A stretch of 39,386 bases of DNA from a virus. Its lineage: Duplodnaviria; Caudoviricetes. Positions within the stretch are counted from its first letter, which is position 1, and each line of letters opens with the position of its first letter. Both the position numbers and the translations under genes were made by a program. The notes under the pieces are model-generated. The model had not been told where the DNA came from and did no database searches. It worked only from the letters and a program-made list of their open reading frames with translations. The DNA lies in the IMG/VR virus record IMGVR_UViG_3300012948_000007, positions 1 to 39,386 of that record; one strand, written 5' to 3'. Positions 16,366-25,844 of this stretch are shown piece by piece.

Positions 16366-18390
16366 ATGGCGAAAAAGAAATCCTCGAGGCCAGGTCCTAA
16401 CGGAAAAAATTTATATCCCGAAATCCTCGGGCGCCGCTACGAAGTGCCTTTCGTGATCGCGCGCGATGCGCCGATCGACACCGAAAAGCGCACGGTCGAG
16501 CTTTCGATCTCTTCGGACCAACCCGTCGATCACTGGTTCGGTCGCATCATTCTCGATCACTCCGCGAGCTCAGTACGCCTCGAGCGCATTCGCGCCGGCG
16601 CACCTTTGCTTTTGAATCACGACGTGGACCAACAAATCGGGGTCCTCGAGAACATCAAGATCGAGGATGGTAAGTTGCGCGCGGTCGCCAGATTTTCGCG
16701 CAGTCAACTTGCCGGCGAAATTTTTCAGGACGTCCAGGACGGCATCCGACGCAATACGAGTGTCGGTTTTATCCTGCACGAAATGGACCTCGAGCAAAAA
16801 AGCGACAAGGGTCCGAATGTTTATCGCGCGCGTGACTGGGAACCGCTCGAGGGCTCAATCGCCAGCGTGCCGCGCGATATCAGTGTCGGCGTTGGTCGAG
16901 CCATGGGCGACGACGAGAGTGAAGCCGCCGACGACCAGGACGAAGAAGAAACACAAAGCGATACCAGTGACGAGGACGAAGAAGAAACCGCATCGAGTGA
17001 TCGCGCAGCGCGCACAATCAAACCGACAAAAATTCAAGTGAGGTCAATCATGAAACCTGAGACTGTGGCCGGTAATGGCGGCGGCAATGCGCCGAACCCT
17101 TTGGACGCGATGCTCGAGCGCAGCACTCGTTACGTAACATTCGCAATCGGCTTCGGCACTACCGACGAACGGCGCACCGAACTCGAGGAGATGGCGCGCG
17201 ACTTTGCACTCTCGGAAAAGAGCGAGTCGGACTTGTTCGCCGCGATCAATGAGAAGCGCGGGACCTGGGCGAAGGTGGCGATCCCGCCAGCGGCGCCGCT
17301 GGTCGATCTCACTGCCAGTGACAAGCAAAAATATTCCATCGCGCGGGCAATCATTGCGGATGCCAACGGGCGCGATCGTGATTATCACGGCGGTCTGACG
17401 AGCTGCTTTGAGTTGGAGATCTCCCAGGAAATCGAGCGTAAGTTGGACGCACCCGGGGCGAAGAAACACGGCGGCTTTTATATGCCGACCAACATCGCGC
17501 TCCGTGGTCAAATCCTGCAGCGCGCAGGCCTCGACTCGAAAACGGCGACCAAAGGTGCGGAGCTCGTTTTCACCGAGGCCGGCTCGTTTATCGAGATGCT
17601 GCGCAATAAAGCGATGGTCATGATCCTGGGCGCGACTGTGTTGCCAGGTCTCCAAGGGAATGTCGCTTTTCCGCGGCAGACGGGCGCGGGGTCCTTCTCG
17701 TGGGTGGGTGAGAATCCTGGCGCCGACGTGGGCGAGTCTAACTTGCTGCTGGATCAGGTGACGCTCTCGCCTAAGACCGGTCAATCGACCACCAGTTATT
17801 CCCGGCAGCTGCTAGCCCAAGGTGTCACCAATGTCGATTCGTTAGTCCAAAACGATCTGGTCGAAGTTAACGCGTTGGCGATTGACCTGGCGGCCTTGCA
17901 TGGCTTGGGGTCAGCGAATCAACCGCGCGGCATTTACAACCTGACCGGTGTTAATGCGGTCCCGATGGGTGGCGCGCTGGCGTTTGGTCCCGTCGTCGAT
18001 CTGGAAACCGCGATCGGCGTGAGCAATGCCGAAGTCGGGGTCATGGCTTACCTGATGACCCCGGAGATCCGTGGCAAGGCCAAGCAGCGACCCGTCCTGG
18101 CGAATACGATTGCGTTGCCGATCTGGATGAACGGCGAGGTTAACGGTTATCGCGCCGAAGCCACGAATCAGCTGGCGAAAAATCTGGGCGCCGGCACGAA
18201 CGAGCACGGCATTATTTTTGGCGTCTGGTCGCAGCTATTGATCGGCGAGTGGGGCGCGCTCGAGATCATCACTGATCCCTATCGGCTGAAAAAGCAAGGA
18301 ATGATCGAGGTCACAAGCTTCGTGATGGTCGATGTCAACGCCCGTTACGCGCAAGCCTTCTCGAAAGGGACCGGGCTGCTCAATACCTAA
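16366..18390 (+). CDS. Fused HK97-type prohead protease and major capsid protein
   Basis: Protease (LLLNHD, SVGF, EGSIASVP), acidic linker, capsid domain (LVFTE...WVGE...FGVWSQLLIGEWG). Confidence 0.93.
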   Translation: MAKKKSSRPGPNGKNLYPEILGRRYEVPFVIARDAPIDTEKRTVELSISSDQPVDHWFGRIILDHSASSVRLERIRAGAPLLLNHDVDQQIGVLENIKIEDGKLRAVARFSRSQLAGEIFQDVQDGIRRNTSVGFILHEMDLEQKSDKGPNVYRARDWEPLEGSIASVPRDISVGVGRAMGDDESEAADDQDEEETQSDTSDEDEEETASSDRAARTIKPTKIQVRSIMKPETVAGNGGGNAPNPLDAMLERSTRYVTFAIGFGTTDERRTELEEMARDFALSEKSESDLFAAINEKRGTWAKVAIPPAAPLVDLTASDKQKYSIARAIIADANGRDRDYHGGLTSCFELEISQEIERKLDAPGAKKHGGFYMPTNIALRGQILQRAGLDSKTATKGAELVFTEAGSFIEMLRNKAMVMILGATVLPGLQGNVAFPRQTGAGSFSWVGENPGADVGESNLLLDQVTLSPKTGQSTTSYSRQLLAQGVTNVDSLVQNDLVEVNALAIDLAALHGLGSANQPRGIYNLTGVNAVPMGGALAFGPVVDLETAIGVSNAEVGVMAYLMTPEIRGKAKQRPVLANTIALPIWMNGEVNGYRAEATNQLAKNLGAGTNEHGIIFGVWSQLLIGEWGALEIITDPYRLKKQGMIEVTSFVMVDVNARYAQAFSKGTGLLNT

Positions 18391-18465
18391 ACGAAGCGCG
18401 ACGAGCTTTGAATGATTTCACGCCGCGGCTTTTTTGCTCGGCGTTATTGGAGGCAAAGAGGAAAC

Positions 18466-18810
18466 ATGCCGGTCGGCTTTGCGCGCGCGGATAGCACGCG
18501 CCGAATTCGTTTCCTGACCAACGTCTGTTATGACGGCGAGGACTATGGCCCTGGTTATCCCAAGCAAGTCGCCGACGTTGCCCAAAATTTCGCCTTCGAG
18601 TTAGTGAACACGAAGCGCGCGGAGTTTGTTGACCAGGGATCGGCTGAAGCTGAAATCGACGAAAACATCGGGCGCGCAGGAGCGGCGCCGGCACTGGCAG
18701 GAAGCAAAAAAGCCACGAGCAAATCGAAGGCGCCACCCGCCAGAAAAACCACGCCGCCGGCGGCCAGGAAAACAAGCGCAACGAAATCGGCGCCAGCACG
18801 CAAACGATAA
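18466..18810 (+). CDS. Small head-associated protein with Lys/Ala/Pro-rich tail
   Basis: AGAGG RBS before ATG 18466; follows the capsid gene. Confidence 0.65.
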   Translation: MPVGFARADSTRRIRFLTNVCYDGEDYGPGYPKQVADVAQNFAFELVNTKRAEFVDQGSAEAEIDENIGRAGAAPALAGSKKATSKSKAPPARKTTPPAARKTSATKSAPARKR

Positions 18811-19148
18811 TGTCGAGCGGTTTCGCAGCTGAGGATCTTGCTTCGTTCTTTGAAACTGACGGTCACGGGATTAAAGGCGTGATCACGGGTCCTAGCTTTT
18901 CGCGCGAGCTGAACGGCGTTTTTGATCTGACCTCGCAGGACATGCCGATTTATCCCGAGACGAATGTCGATGCTGACGACGCGATCTTTGAGTGTAAGAC
19001 CACGGACCTGGCCGGCGTCGCGCGCGGAATGCGACTCGACTTTCCTGAGCTCGAGCCACACGAGGACGGCTACGGCAAAAGTTTTCAAATCTGCCGGCTG
19101 GCCCTGGCCGGGACGCAAAGCACCAAGATCCACCTGAAAGAAGTTTGA
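18810..19148 (+). CDS. Head-tail joining protein (gpFII-like)
   Basis: EDLASFF...GVFD pattern, size and synteny. Confidence 0.7.
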   Translation: MSSGFAAEDLASFFETDGHGIKGVITGPSFSRELNGVFDLTSQDMPIYPETNVDADDAIFECKTTDLAGVARGMRLDFPELEPHEDGYGKSFQICRLALAGTQSTKIHLKEV

Positions 19149-19151
19149 TGG

Positions 19152-19334
19152 GTGTGGCAAGCATTTTTTGATAGCTGGAAAACGTCAGCGATCGGCATTA
19201 CCGGCGCCGCCTTACTTTATTTTTTCGGCATCGGTTTTGCACTGCCGGCGACACGCGGGCAATGGATCATCGTGACCACCGCGCTGATCGTTTTATTCCT
19301 GGGCCTGGCGGCCAAAGATGCGGATCACACTTAA
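19152..19334 (+). CDS. Putative holin (2 TM)
   Basis: SWKTS..G, two hydrophobic helices, GLAAKDA end. Confidence 0.6.
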   Translation: MWQAFFDSWKTSAIGITGAALLYFFGIGFALPATRGQWIIVTTALIVLFLGLAAKDADHT

Positions 19335-19409
19335 GCATGATGCGACGAACAATGTTTTTCCTGGTAGCAATCACGATGCTCGCGGCCTCGAGCGCGTACC
19401 TTAAAAGTT

Positions 19410-19898
19410 ATGCCGGCACCCGCCACGATTCGCCAGCAAATTGTCGCGAAGATCATCGCGCGACTGGCGCGCATTCAAGTCGCGAACGGATTTCAGACCG
19501 ATATCGGATTACAACCCGCCGAGGACTGGCCGACACGATACAGCAACGACGAGCTGCGCGAGGCGACCAGGCTCGGCGTTTTCGATCTGACAAACAAAAG
19601 TTTCCAGGACGAGCCCGAGCAAAAAAAAATCGCGAATGTCTTACCGCTTCAGGTGCGGATTTTTCACGCGCGCGAAACTACGCCGGCGCAGTTGCGAACC
19701 ATGATGGCCGACGTCATGAAAGCGATTATCAGCGACGAGCTGACTGGCGAACGCGAACCGACTTTCGGCGGTCTGGCGTGGGACACGAAACCTGACGAGG
19801 ACGGTTTCATAATTCCGAAAGAGACGTTTTCCATCGACGGGGCGGCGGTCGGTTTTACGGTCGAGTTTTTGGCGGCGCCGTTCGACGCTTACCAGTGA
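19410..19898 (+). CDS. Tail terminator-like protein
   Basis: IRQQI...L..I..ANGFQTDIG; synteny. Confidence 0.7.
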   Translation: MPAPATIRQQIVAKIIARLARIQVANGFQTDIGLQPAEDWPTRYSNDELREATRLGVFDLTNKSFQDEPEQKKIANVLPLQVRIFHARETTPAQLRTMMADVMKAIISDELTGEREPTFGGLAWDTKPDEDGFIIPKETFSIDGAAVGFTVEFLAAPFDAYQ

Positions 19899-19919
19899 AA
19901 CTCGAGGGGGTTTCTGATT

Positions 19920-20687
19920 ATGCCTATCGAATATTTTATCGGCGCCGGCGACATAAAGATCGCAAAGCTGGACTCGAGTTTTAACCCGCTGGACTTTCGC
20001 GACGTAGGCGAGGCGCCCGTTTTCGAGTTCGATCCCACGGTCGATTACGCCGACAACTTCGCCACCAATAAAACGGGGCCCAACCTCCAGGACTTGCACT
20101 TGCCGATCAAAAATGCCGCGGTGGTCCATCTGACCCTCAAAGAGCGCACGATCAAAAATCTCGAGCTCGAAGTTTTTGGCGTGAGCTCGAGCGAGATCGC
20201 CGGCAGTTATAGCCTTAATGAAGCTTTTCCGTCGGGCATCACGGCGGGTCAGACATATTTAATTCCCGGCGGTCACATGGGGATCACGGCCTTCGTGCTG
20301 AAGGATAATGCCGGCACGCCGGTCACAGTTCCGAACACGAAATATTCGATCAATCCCGATGCGCCCTTGATCACTTTTATTGATGTGACTGGTTACACGC
20401 AGCCCTTCCACGCGTTTTCGTACAGTTACGTGAAATCAGATATCGTCGCGATCCTGCAGTCGCCCACGCCCGATCTCTGCGTTTTGTTCGATGGTAAAAA
20501 CCTGGCGGTCCCTGGCGAGCGGATCTGGGCTCGACTCGATCGTGTTTCGCTGGGTCCGGCGCCTAAGGTTTCGCTGAAGAGTGGCAGTGCCGCCGGCACG
20601 GGCGCCGATGTTGCGGTCTATGAAATGACCGGAACGGCCTTGCTTGTTCCTGGTAAATCGAACTATGGCGAAATGAGAACCTATTGA
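19920..20687 (+). CDS. Major tail tube protein
   Basis: YFIGAG...FRDVG; size and synteny; GAGGGG RBS. Confidence 0.8.
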   Translation: MPIEYFIGAGDIKIAKLDSSFNPLDFRDVGEAPVFEFDPTVDYADNFATNKTGPNLQDLHLPIKNAAVVHLTLKERTIKNLELEVFGVSSSEIAGSYSLNEAFPSGITAGQTYLIPGGHMGITAFVLKDNAGTPVTVPNTKYSINPDAPLITFIDVTGYTQPFHAFSYSYVKSDIVAILQSPTPDLCVLFDGKNLAVPGERIWARLDRVSLGPAPKVSLKSGSAAGTGADVAVYEMTGTALLVPGKSNYGEMRTY

Positions 20688-20832
20688 TCTCCCTGGCGTG
20701 CGCTTTTTGGTCCCTCAAATGAGGTGGAAAAAAGCGCACCGACGATCCAAACGACGCCTACCTCGCCGGCAGGACCAACCGCTCGCCGGCGCGCCCGCAA
20801 AATTCAATCAAGCAAAAAGAAAGGAATTCTTT

Positions 20833-21168
20833 GTGGCTAAAATTCAATTAGCGCGGCTCACGCAAACCGCCGGCGCGCGGCACACGGCAATCGTAAAACT
20901 CGGCGACGTGGGCGAGGAAGAAATGCCGATCGTTTATCGCGGGATGAGTTTGGCCGAGACTGCGGCCTTCACGAAAAAATATGACGGCATGGAGGCGGCC
21001 GAAGCTTTGCCGAAGGCCCTCGCCGAACAAGTCATCGAGTTGCCCAACGTATTCGATGGCGACAAAACAGTCGAACCAACTGAGGACTTTTTCCGCTCAC
21101 TGGACACTTACGTTTTGCACCGCATCGCGAACGCGCTGCAGGCCGATCGCATGGGCAACCCTACCTAA
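20833..21168 (+). CDS. Tail assembly chaperone (G-like)
   Basis: AAGGA RBS with GTG 20833; ends GNPT; between tube and tape measure. Confidence 0.75.
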   Translation: MAKIQLARLTQTAGARHTAIVKLGDVGEEEMPIVYRGMSLAETAAFTKKYDGMEAAEALPKALAEQVIELPNVFDGDKTVEPTEDFFRSLDTYVLHRIANALQADRMGNPT

Positions 21169-21467
21169 CGCGCTTGTATGACCTGGCCGAATGGTACAGG
21201 TCAGGCGGCAAGCGCGGCCAGGAACTCGAGGCGCAAGGATTGATCCAACTTGCCTTTGAGCTGCACAAAACGATTGACGAGTTAATGGCCGCCGATGCGA
21301 CCTGGATCAATCGAATGTTATTGGATCGTTCGGCGAGGTCGCTGGCGAATGCGCCAACCGAGTTTGAATATCGCACGCGAGTTCGTGAGTTATTCGCTCA
21401 AGCGAGTTTAGAAAATGGCTACTCGAAACATTCAAGCTTTTCGACTGCGAAGCGAGCTGATCGTTGA
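21153..21467 (+). CDS. Tail assembly chaperone extension (T-like, -1 frame)
   Basis: -1 frame is open across the G stop; LAFELHKTIDEL motif. Confidence 0.6.
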   Translation, partial: GQPYLTRLYDLAEWYRSGGKRGQELEAQGLIQLAFELHKTIDELMAADATWINRMLLDRSARSLANAPTEFEYRTRVRELFAQASLENGYSKHSSFSTAKRADR

Positions 21468-24207
21468 CGCCTCCAAGCATCATGCGGAATACGCGAAGGC
21501 CGAAAAGGAAGTCAACCAATACGGCTCGACCGTAAAGAAAACCGCGAAGGAAGTCGGCGAGGCTTTCAAAGGCGCCGATGCTGGTCGCAAGTGGGGCGCC
21601 GACTTTGGCTCGGGTGCGGTCGCTTCGATCACGGGTTCGATCAAATCGCTCGGCACAACTCTCGGCTCGATCATCGGCACGGCAATCGCGCCAGGAATCG
21701 GCACCGCAGTCGGCTCGACGATCGGCAGCGGGCTCGACGCCGCGCTCGAGAAGGTTTCGGGTCCGATGCTGGAATTAGTCAAAGGTGGGATCCAACTCAA
21801 TAAAGAAATCGAACGCACCACGGTCGAATTTACGACCTTTGCCGGCAGCGAAAAGCAGGCCATCGCTTATCTCGAGGATCTCAAAAAATTAAGCATTGAA
21901 ACGGGAACAAGTTTTTCCTGGGTCATGGAGACCTCGGAGCATATTTACGATCTGACTGGCAACCTCGAACTCACTAACAAAATCCTGAAAGCCTCAATCG
22001 ACCACGCGGCCGACTTTGGCGGCAAAGCCGAAACGATCGGCGCCGTGGCCGAGCAACTTGGGCTGATCGCGGAAAAGGGATCGCTCGCCAGTCGCGAACT
22101 CAACAAACTTTATAAGCTGGGAATCGACGCGCGGAAATATCTCGCGGAAGCGACCGGGCATTCACTCAAAGAAATTGATCGACTAATGAAAGCCGATCGG
22201 CTGCGTGGTGACGTGGCCGCGAAGCTAATCGCCGAAGGCCTCGAGCGCGAAAAGGGTGGCTTTGCGGCACGCATCGCAGCGACCACCACTTACGGCAAAG
22301 AAATGACCGCGCAAAATCTTTTGCAGATTAGAAGCCAGGAGGCGACGAAAAAATTTACCGAAGGCCTGGGCGATATGTACGGCGAAATGTCGCGCATCCT
22401 GGCCTCGCCGCAAGCGAAAGATTTTGTTGCTTACCTCGACAAGTTTGCCGGCACGCTGGTCGACTGGACCAAAAAAGGAATTCAGGCCGGCGTGAGCATC
22501 GGCGGCGGGATCGCCGAAGGCTTAATCAGCGGTCAAACCTTATCCGACCTGGGCAGCTCGTTTAAGAAACTCGGGTCCTGGACCACGACCACACTCAAAG
22601 AACTTTTTGAAGCGAAGTCACCTTCTGAATTGATGGCCCGCGAGGTCGGGGTCCCGTTGGGTCAAGGCCTCGGCGTGGGCCTGGTTCGCGGCCTGGGAAA
22701 TTTTATCAAGGGCGAAGGTGGCGACGCGCTGGTCGATACGCTGAGAGGTCTTTTACAAGATCCGCGCGTGCAAGCGCTGCTAAACACGCTGATCAAATCC
22801 GAAGGCGGCGCGCTCGACATTATGGCCGGCGGTCGGCATGTACCGTCAGGCGCGAAGCATCCTGGCGAGGTCGTGCCGCGTTCTCAGTGGATGATCTCGC
22901 CTGGTACTGGCGGCAAGCGCTCGTCGGCTTCGGGTCTGTTACAGGAAACACTCACCAACTGGAAAGCAGCGGAGAAGGTTTTAGGGCCGCTTAATTTTTC
23001 AAATCCTGAAGATCAAAAACTGGTCGCGCTCTGGCTTATGTCTCAGCGGCCCGGTGGTCTCGGCGCGCTGCAGTCGGGCGATATAAGTCGCATGATGCCG
23101 CTCGCGGCGAAGGACTGGACCTCAGTGCCAGGATCGACCATTGGCGGCGGTGGTCAATGGGGCCGGGCGAAATGGCTGGGCACTTATCAAGCAATGCTCG
23201 GCGGTGGTGGCCAAGCAATCAAACCGACGAGCACGGGTGCGATGCCCGTGGCGATCCGCGATATCGAAGGCGGCGCCGCACAGATGCTCCGCGGCATGGG
23301 CGGGACCGGGGCGCCGACTGGACCAGGATCAATCCTGGGCACAATCGACGCAATCACGAAAGACAAAAAAGATCTCGCGATTACTTACGGGGTCGAGGAT
23401 GCGGCGATCGTCAATGTCAAGTCGTCGATGGACCAGTTAATCGAGACGACCAACGCGACCACGGGCGCGATGCTGGACGCGAGCATGTTACGAATGCGCG
23501 CGACCACACCGCTGATCGACATGGAAAAATTCCACGCCGACACCTCAATCGCACTCACGAAGGAATATCAAAAAGCGGCCTGGGACCAGTTACGAGTTGG
23601 GCGCGATATTATCGGCGAGCTGGCCGGCGCGTTCGGCCAGGTGGCCGGCATGGTCCCCAGTCAGCAAGTCGGAAAAAAGCGCGGCTTCTTTTCCAAGCTA
23701 CTCGGCTTCGCGGCGCCGTTTCTTTCGTTCATTCCTGGCGTTGGTCCGATTCTTTCGACTATTGCCGGCGCCGCGAGTTCGGCGATCGGTGGCGATTATG
23801 GCGCCGCGATTACCGGGATCGCCGGCGGCTTTGCGAAAGGTGGCGCTTTTCGGCGCGCGCCCTCGAGTAACTTGATGCCACTTGGGGCCGCCCCGAACCT
23901 GGTCAACCTGGCGAGCGCGGTGGCGCCGAATTTAGCGCGGCCGCGACAATTTGGCGGCCCGGTTTATCGCGGTCAACCTTATCTGGTCGGCGAGCGCGGC
24001 CCCGAGCTTTTCATTCCTGGCGAAGGCGGTGCGATTCACCCCGGCGACCTGACTGCGGTCCTGCATGGCCTGCGCCAGGAAATCGCGCGCCTGAGCTCAA
24101 TGCCGCCCGAGCATGTGGTCATGCGTGGTGCGCACGGCATTGCGCGCGCGATGGACGGCGACGCGAGCCTTGCCGAGCAATACGGTCGGCGCCTGCGCCT
24201 CGCTTAG
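21415..24207 (+). CDS. Tape measure protein with embedded lambda R-like lytic transglycosylase
   Basis: Ala/Gly-rich helical protein; lysozyme-like domain at about 22759-23136; C-terminal RQFGGPV...YLVGERGPELF. Confidence 0.9.
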   Translation: MATRNIQAFRLRSELIVDASKHHAEYAKAEKEVNQYGSTVKKTAKEVGEAFKGADAGRKWGADFGSGAVASITGSIKSLGTTLGSIIGTAIAPGIGTAVGSTIGSGLDAALEKVSGPMLELVKGGIQLNKEIERTTVEFTTFAGSEKQAIAYLEDLKKLSIETGTSFSWVMETSEHIYDLTGNLELTNKILKASIDHAADFGGKAETIGAVAEQLGLIAEKGSLASRELNKLYKLGIDARKYLAEATGHSLKEIDRLMKADRLRGDVAAKLIAEGLEREKGGFAARIAATTTYGKEMTAQNLLQIRSQEATKKFTEGLGDMYGEMSRILASPQAKDFVAYLDKFAGTLVDWTKKGIQAGVSIGGGIAEGLISGQTLSDLGSSFKKLGSWTTTTLKELFEAKSPSELMAREVGVPLGQGLGVGLVRGLGNFIKGEGGDALVDTLRGLLQDPRVQALLNTLIKSEGGALDIMAGGRHVPSGAKHPGEVVPRSQWMISPGTGGKRSSASGLLQETLTNWKAAEKVLGPLNFSNPEDQKLVALWLMSQRPGGLGALQSGDISRMMPLAAKDWTSVPGSTIGGGGQWGRAKWLGTYQAMLGGGGQAIKPTSTGAMPVAIRDIEGGAAQMLRGMGGTGAPTGPGSILGTIDAITKDKKDLAITYGVEDAAIVNVKSSMDQLIETTNATTGAMLDASMLRMRATTPLIDMEKFHADTSIALTKEYQKAAWDQLRVGRDIIGELAGAFGQVAGMVPSQQVGKKRGFFSKLLGFAAPFLSFIPGVGPILSTIAGAASSAIGGDYGAAITGIAGGFAKGGAFRRAPSSNLMPLGAAPNLVNLASAVAPNLARPRQFGGPVYRGQPYLVGERGPELFIPGEGGAIHPGDLTAVLHGLRQEIARLSSMPPEHVVMRGAHGIARAMDGDASLAEQYGRRLRLA

Positions 24208-24300
24208 GCTGGGGCTGCGTTGGGCTGGCCGGTCATGCGATTGCATGGCCCCGGGTCCCGACTCGCTGGGGGTCAATTTTGCGCAAACGGGGCGCAAGTC

Positions 24301-25368
24301 ATGGGTTACGAGCAAATCAGGACGGACGGCTTTTTATTCACTCGCACCGCGACCGCTTTCCCGATTGCGCGCGCTGGTTTTGGCGATGGTTACGACCAGG
24401 CGCGCACCCTGGGCCAACCACGGCGCCGCTGGTCAGTGAAAATTGACGTGGTGCCTGACCTGGCCGGCACCCCGCAAGTCGCAGCGAAATCACGCGCCGC
24501 TTATCTCTGGGATTTTTTTGTCGCGCGCAAGGCCGCCGGCGACGAAGCATTTTGGCTTAAGGACCCCAAGGACGGCTTGCTCTATCTGGCCTCGTTCGCC
24601 GACGAGTCGCTGAGTTTTGAGATCCTGCGCAGCAAAGTCTACGCGACCGGGCTCGAGCTGCGAGAACGGCGAGTGCGCGATCAATTAACGCCCGTGATCG
24701 ACGTCAATCGCATTCCGCTCGGGGCCGCGGCGATTAAAGCTCTGGGCGGCACGTCCTGGACCATGCTGACTGGTGTGTCACTCGATCCTGGCGAAACGAT
24801 AATCGGCGGGATCGCCGGCATTAACGCCCAGAATTATGCTTTTCAAATGTACTTCGCCGGTCACGCTGGACCATGCGACGCTTTCCCTGACGGTACTTCG
24901 CCGCGCACAAACATTTTTCGTTATAAGAATCAAACCTCGAGTCGCATCACGGGCGATGTAGTCTGGACGATCTGGGACGGAATCCACGCTTTCGATTTTG
25001 CTTATGCCGCTTTTGTCTCAAAGTTCAGCGCGTTATCAGATTCACCTTTCGACGCAAAGTCGAATGCCGCCGGCAATAACACGACCCCGGACTCAGGTAA
25101 TACGGGCACACTTTCAAAAACGGACGAATTGATTATCGGTTGCACGGGCGTCGCGGCCCCGGGCAGCGACCCGGCGCCCACGATCGCGGCCGGGAGTGAG
25201 GCCTCGAATCTCGGCCAGCGTGCCGGCACCACGGGCGCCAGTGGCAATTGTTCGATCGTCGAATCGTTTGGCGTGGTGAATTCAGCGGCGCCGGTCAATG
25301 CCGGCTTAATTCTGCCGGCGGCGGTGTCGTGGCAAGCGACCGTCGTGACATACGTGATCGAATCATGA
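24301..25368 (+). CDS. Distal tail (gpM/Dit-like) protein with C-terminal beta domain
   Basis: FGDGY motif; ATG at 24301; follows tape measure. Confidence 0.7.
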   Translation: MGYEQIRTDGFLFTRTATAFPIARAGFGDGYDQARTLGQPRRRWSVKIDVVPDLAGTPQVAAKSRAAYLWDFFVARKAAGDEAFWLKDPKDGLLYLASFADESLSFEILRSKVYATGLELRERRVRDQLTPVIDVNRIPLGAAAIKALGGTSWTMLTGVSLDPGETIIGGIAGINAQNYAFQMYFAGHAGPCDAFPDGTSPRTNIFRYKNQTSSRITGDVVWTIWDGIHAFDFAYAAFVSKFSALSDSPFDAKSNAAGNNTTPDSGNTGTLSKTDELIIGCTGVAAPGSDPAPTIAAGSEASNLGQRAGTTGASGNCSIVESFGVVNSAAPVNAGLILPAAVSWQATVVTYVIES

Positions 25369-25844
25369 CCGATTTACTCCGCTCGACTGGTTTTTTATTT
25401 ACGCGCACCGAGATCGCGAGTGCGGTCCTGGCCGCCGAATATGGCGAAGGTTATCGCGGACCCGGGGCGGTCATCGGCGCCGGTCTGCGCAGCTGGACCA
25501 TCAAGATCGACACTTTGCCCGACGATGCCGCCGCCGGTCTGGTCCAGGGCCAAAGTCGCGCGACTTATCTCTGGGATTTTTTCCGCAACGCAAAGGCCGC
25601 GAACGATGCCGCGTTTTTTATTTACGATTACAAAGACGATCTTTTTTATCTGGCTTCATTCACTGACGACGAGCTCAGCTTTGAAATGTTTTGCGCCAAA
25701 GTGTTTTCGACTGGTCTGCAGTTTCGTGAGCGCAGGATCGTCGGCGTGGATTCGCCTGTTGATGGCTTGCCAATACTCGACGAACTGGGCGCCGCGATCC
25801 TGGACGAAACAAACCAGTCAATACTCGAGGAAGGAATTATCTAA
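25365..25844 (+). CDS. Second gpM/Dit-like paralogue with acidic C-terminal motif
   Basis: YGEGY; SRATYLWDFF; ends ILDELGAAILDETNQSILEE; ATGA overlap. Confidence 0.7.
   Translation: MTDLLRSTGFLFTRTEIASAVLAAEYGEGYRGPGAVIGAGLRSWTIKIDTLPDDAAAGLVQGQSRATYLWDFFRNAKAANDAAFFIYDYKDDLFYLASFTDDELSFEMFCAKVFSTGLQFRERRIVGVDSPVDGLPILDELGAAILDETNQSILEEGII

Noticed and set aside
19262-19795. Alternative-frame 177-aa ORF
   Set aside because: Overlaps the better-supported holin and tail terminator genes; Arg-rich off-frame composition
20698-20832. N-terminal extension of the tail chaperone given in the ORF track
   Set aside because: RBS supports GTG 20833; the upstream sequence forms hairpins
23157-23870. 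Nested 237-aa ORF in the tape measure (possible spanin or overprinted gene)
   Set aside because: Arg-rich off-frame product typical of GC-rich DNA; no signal peptide or lipobox
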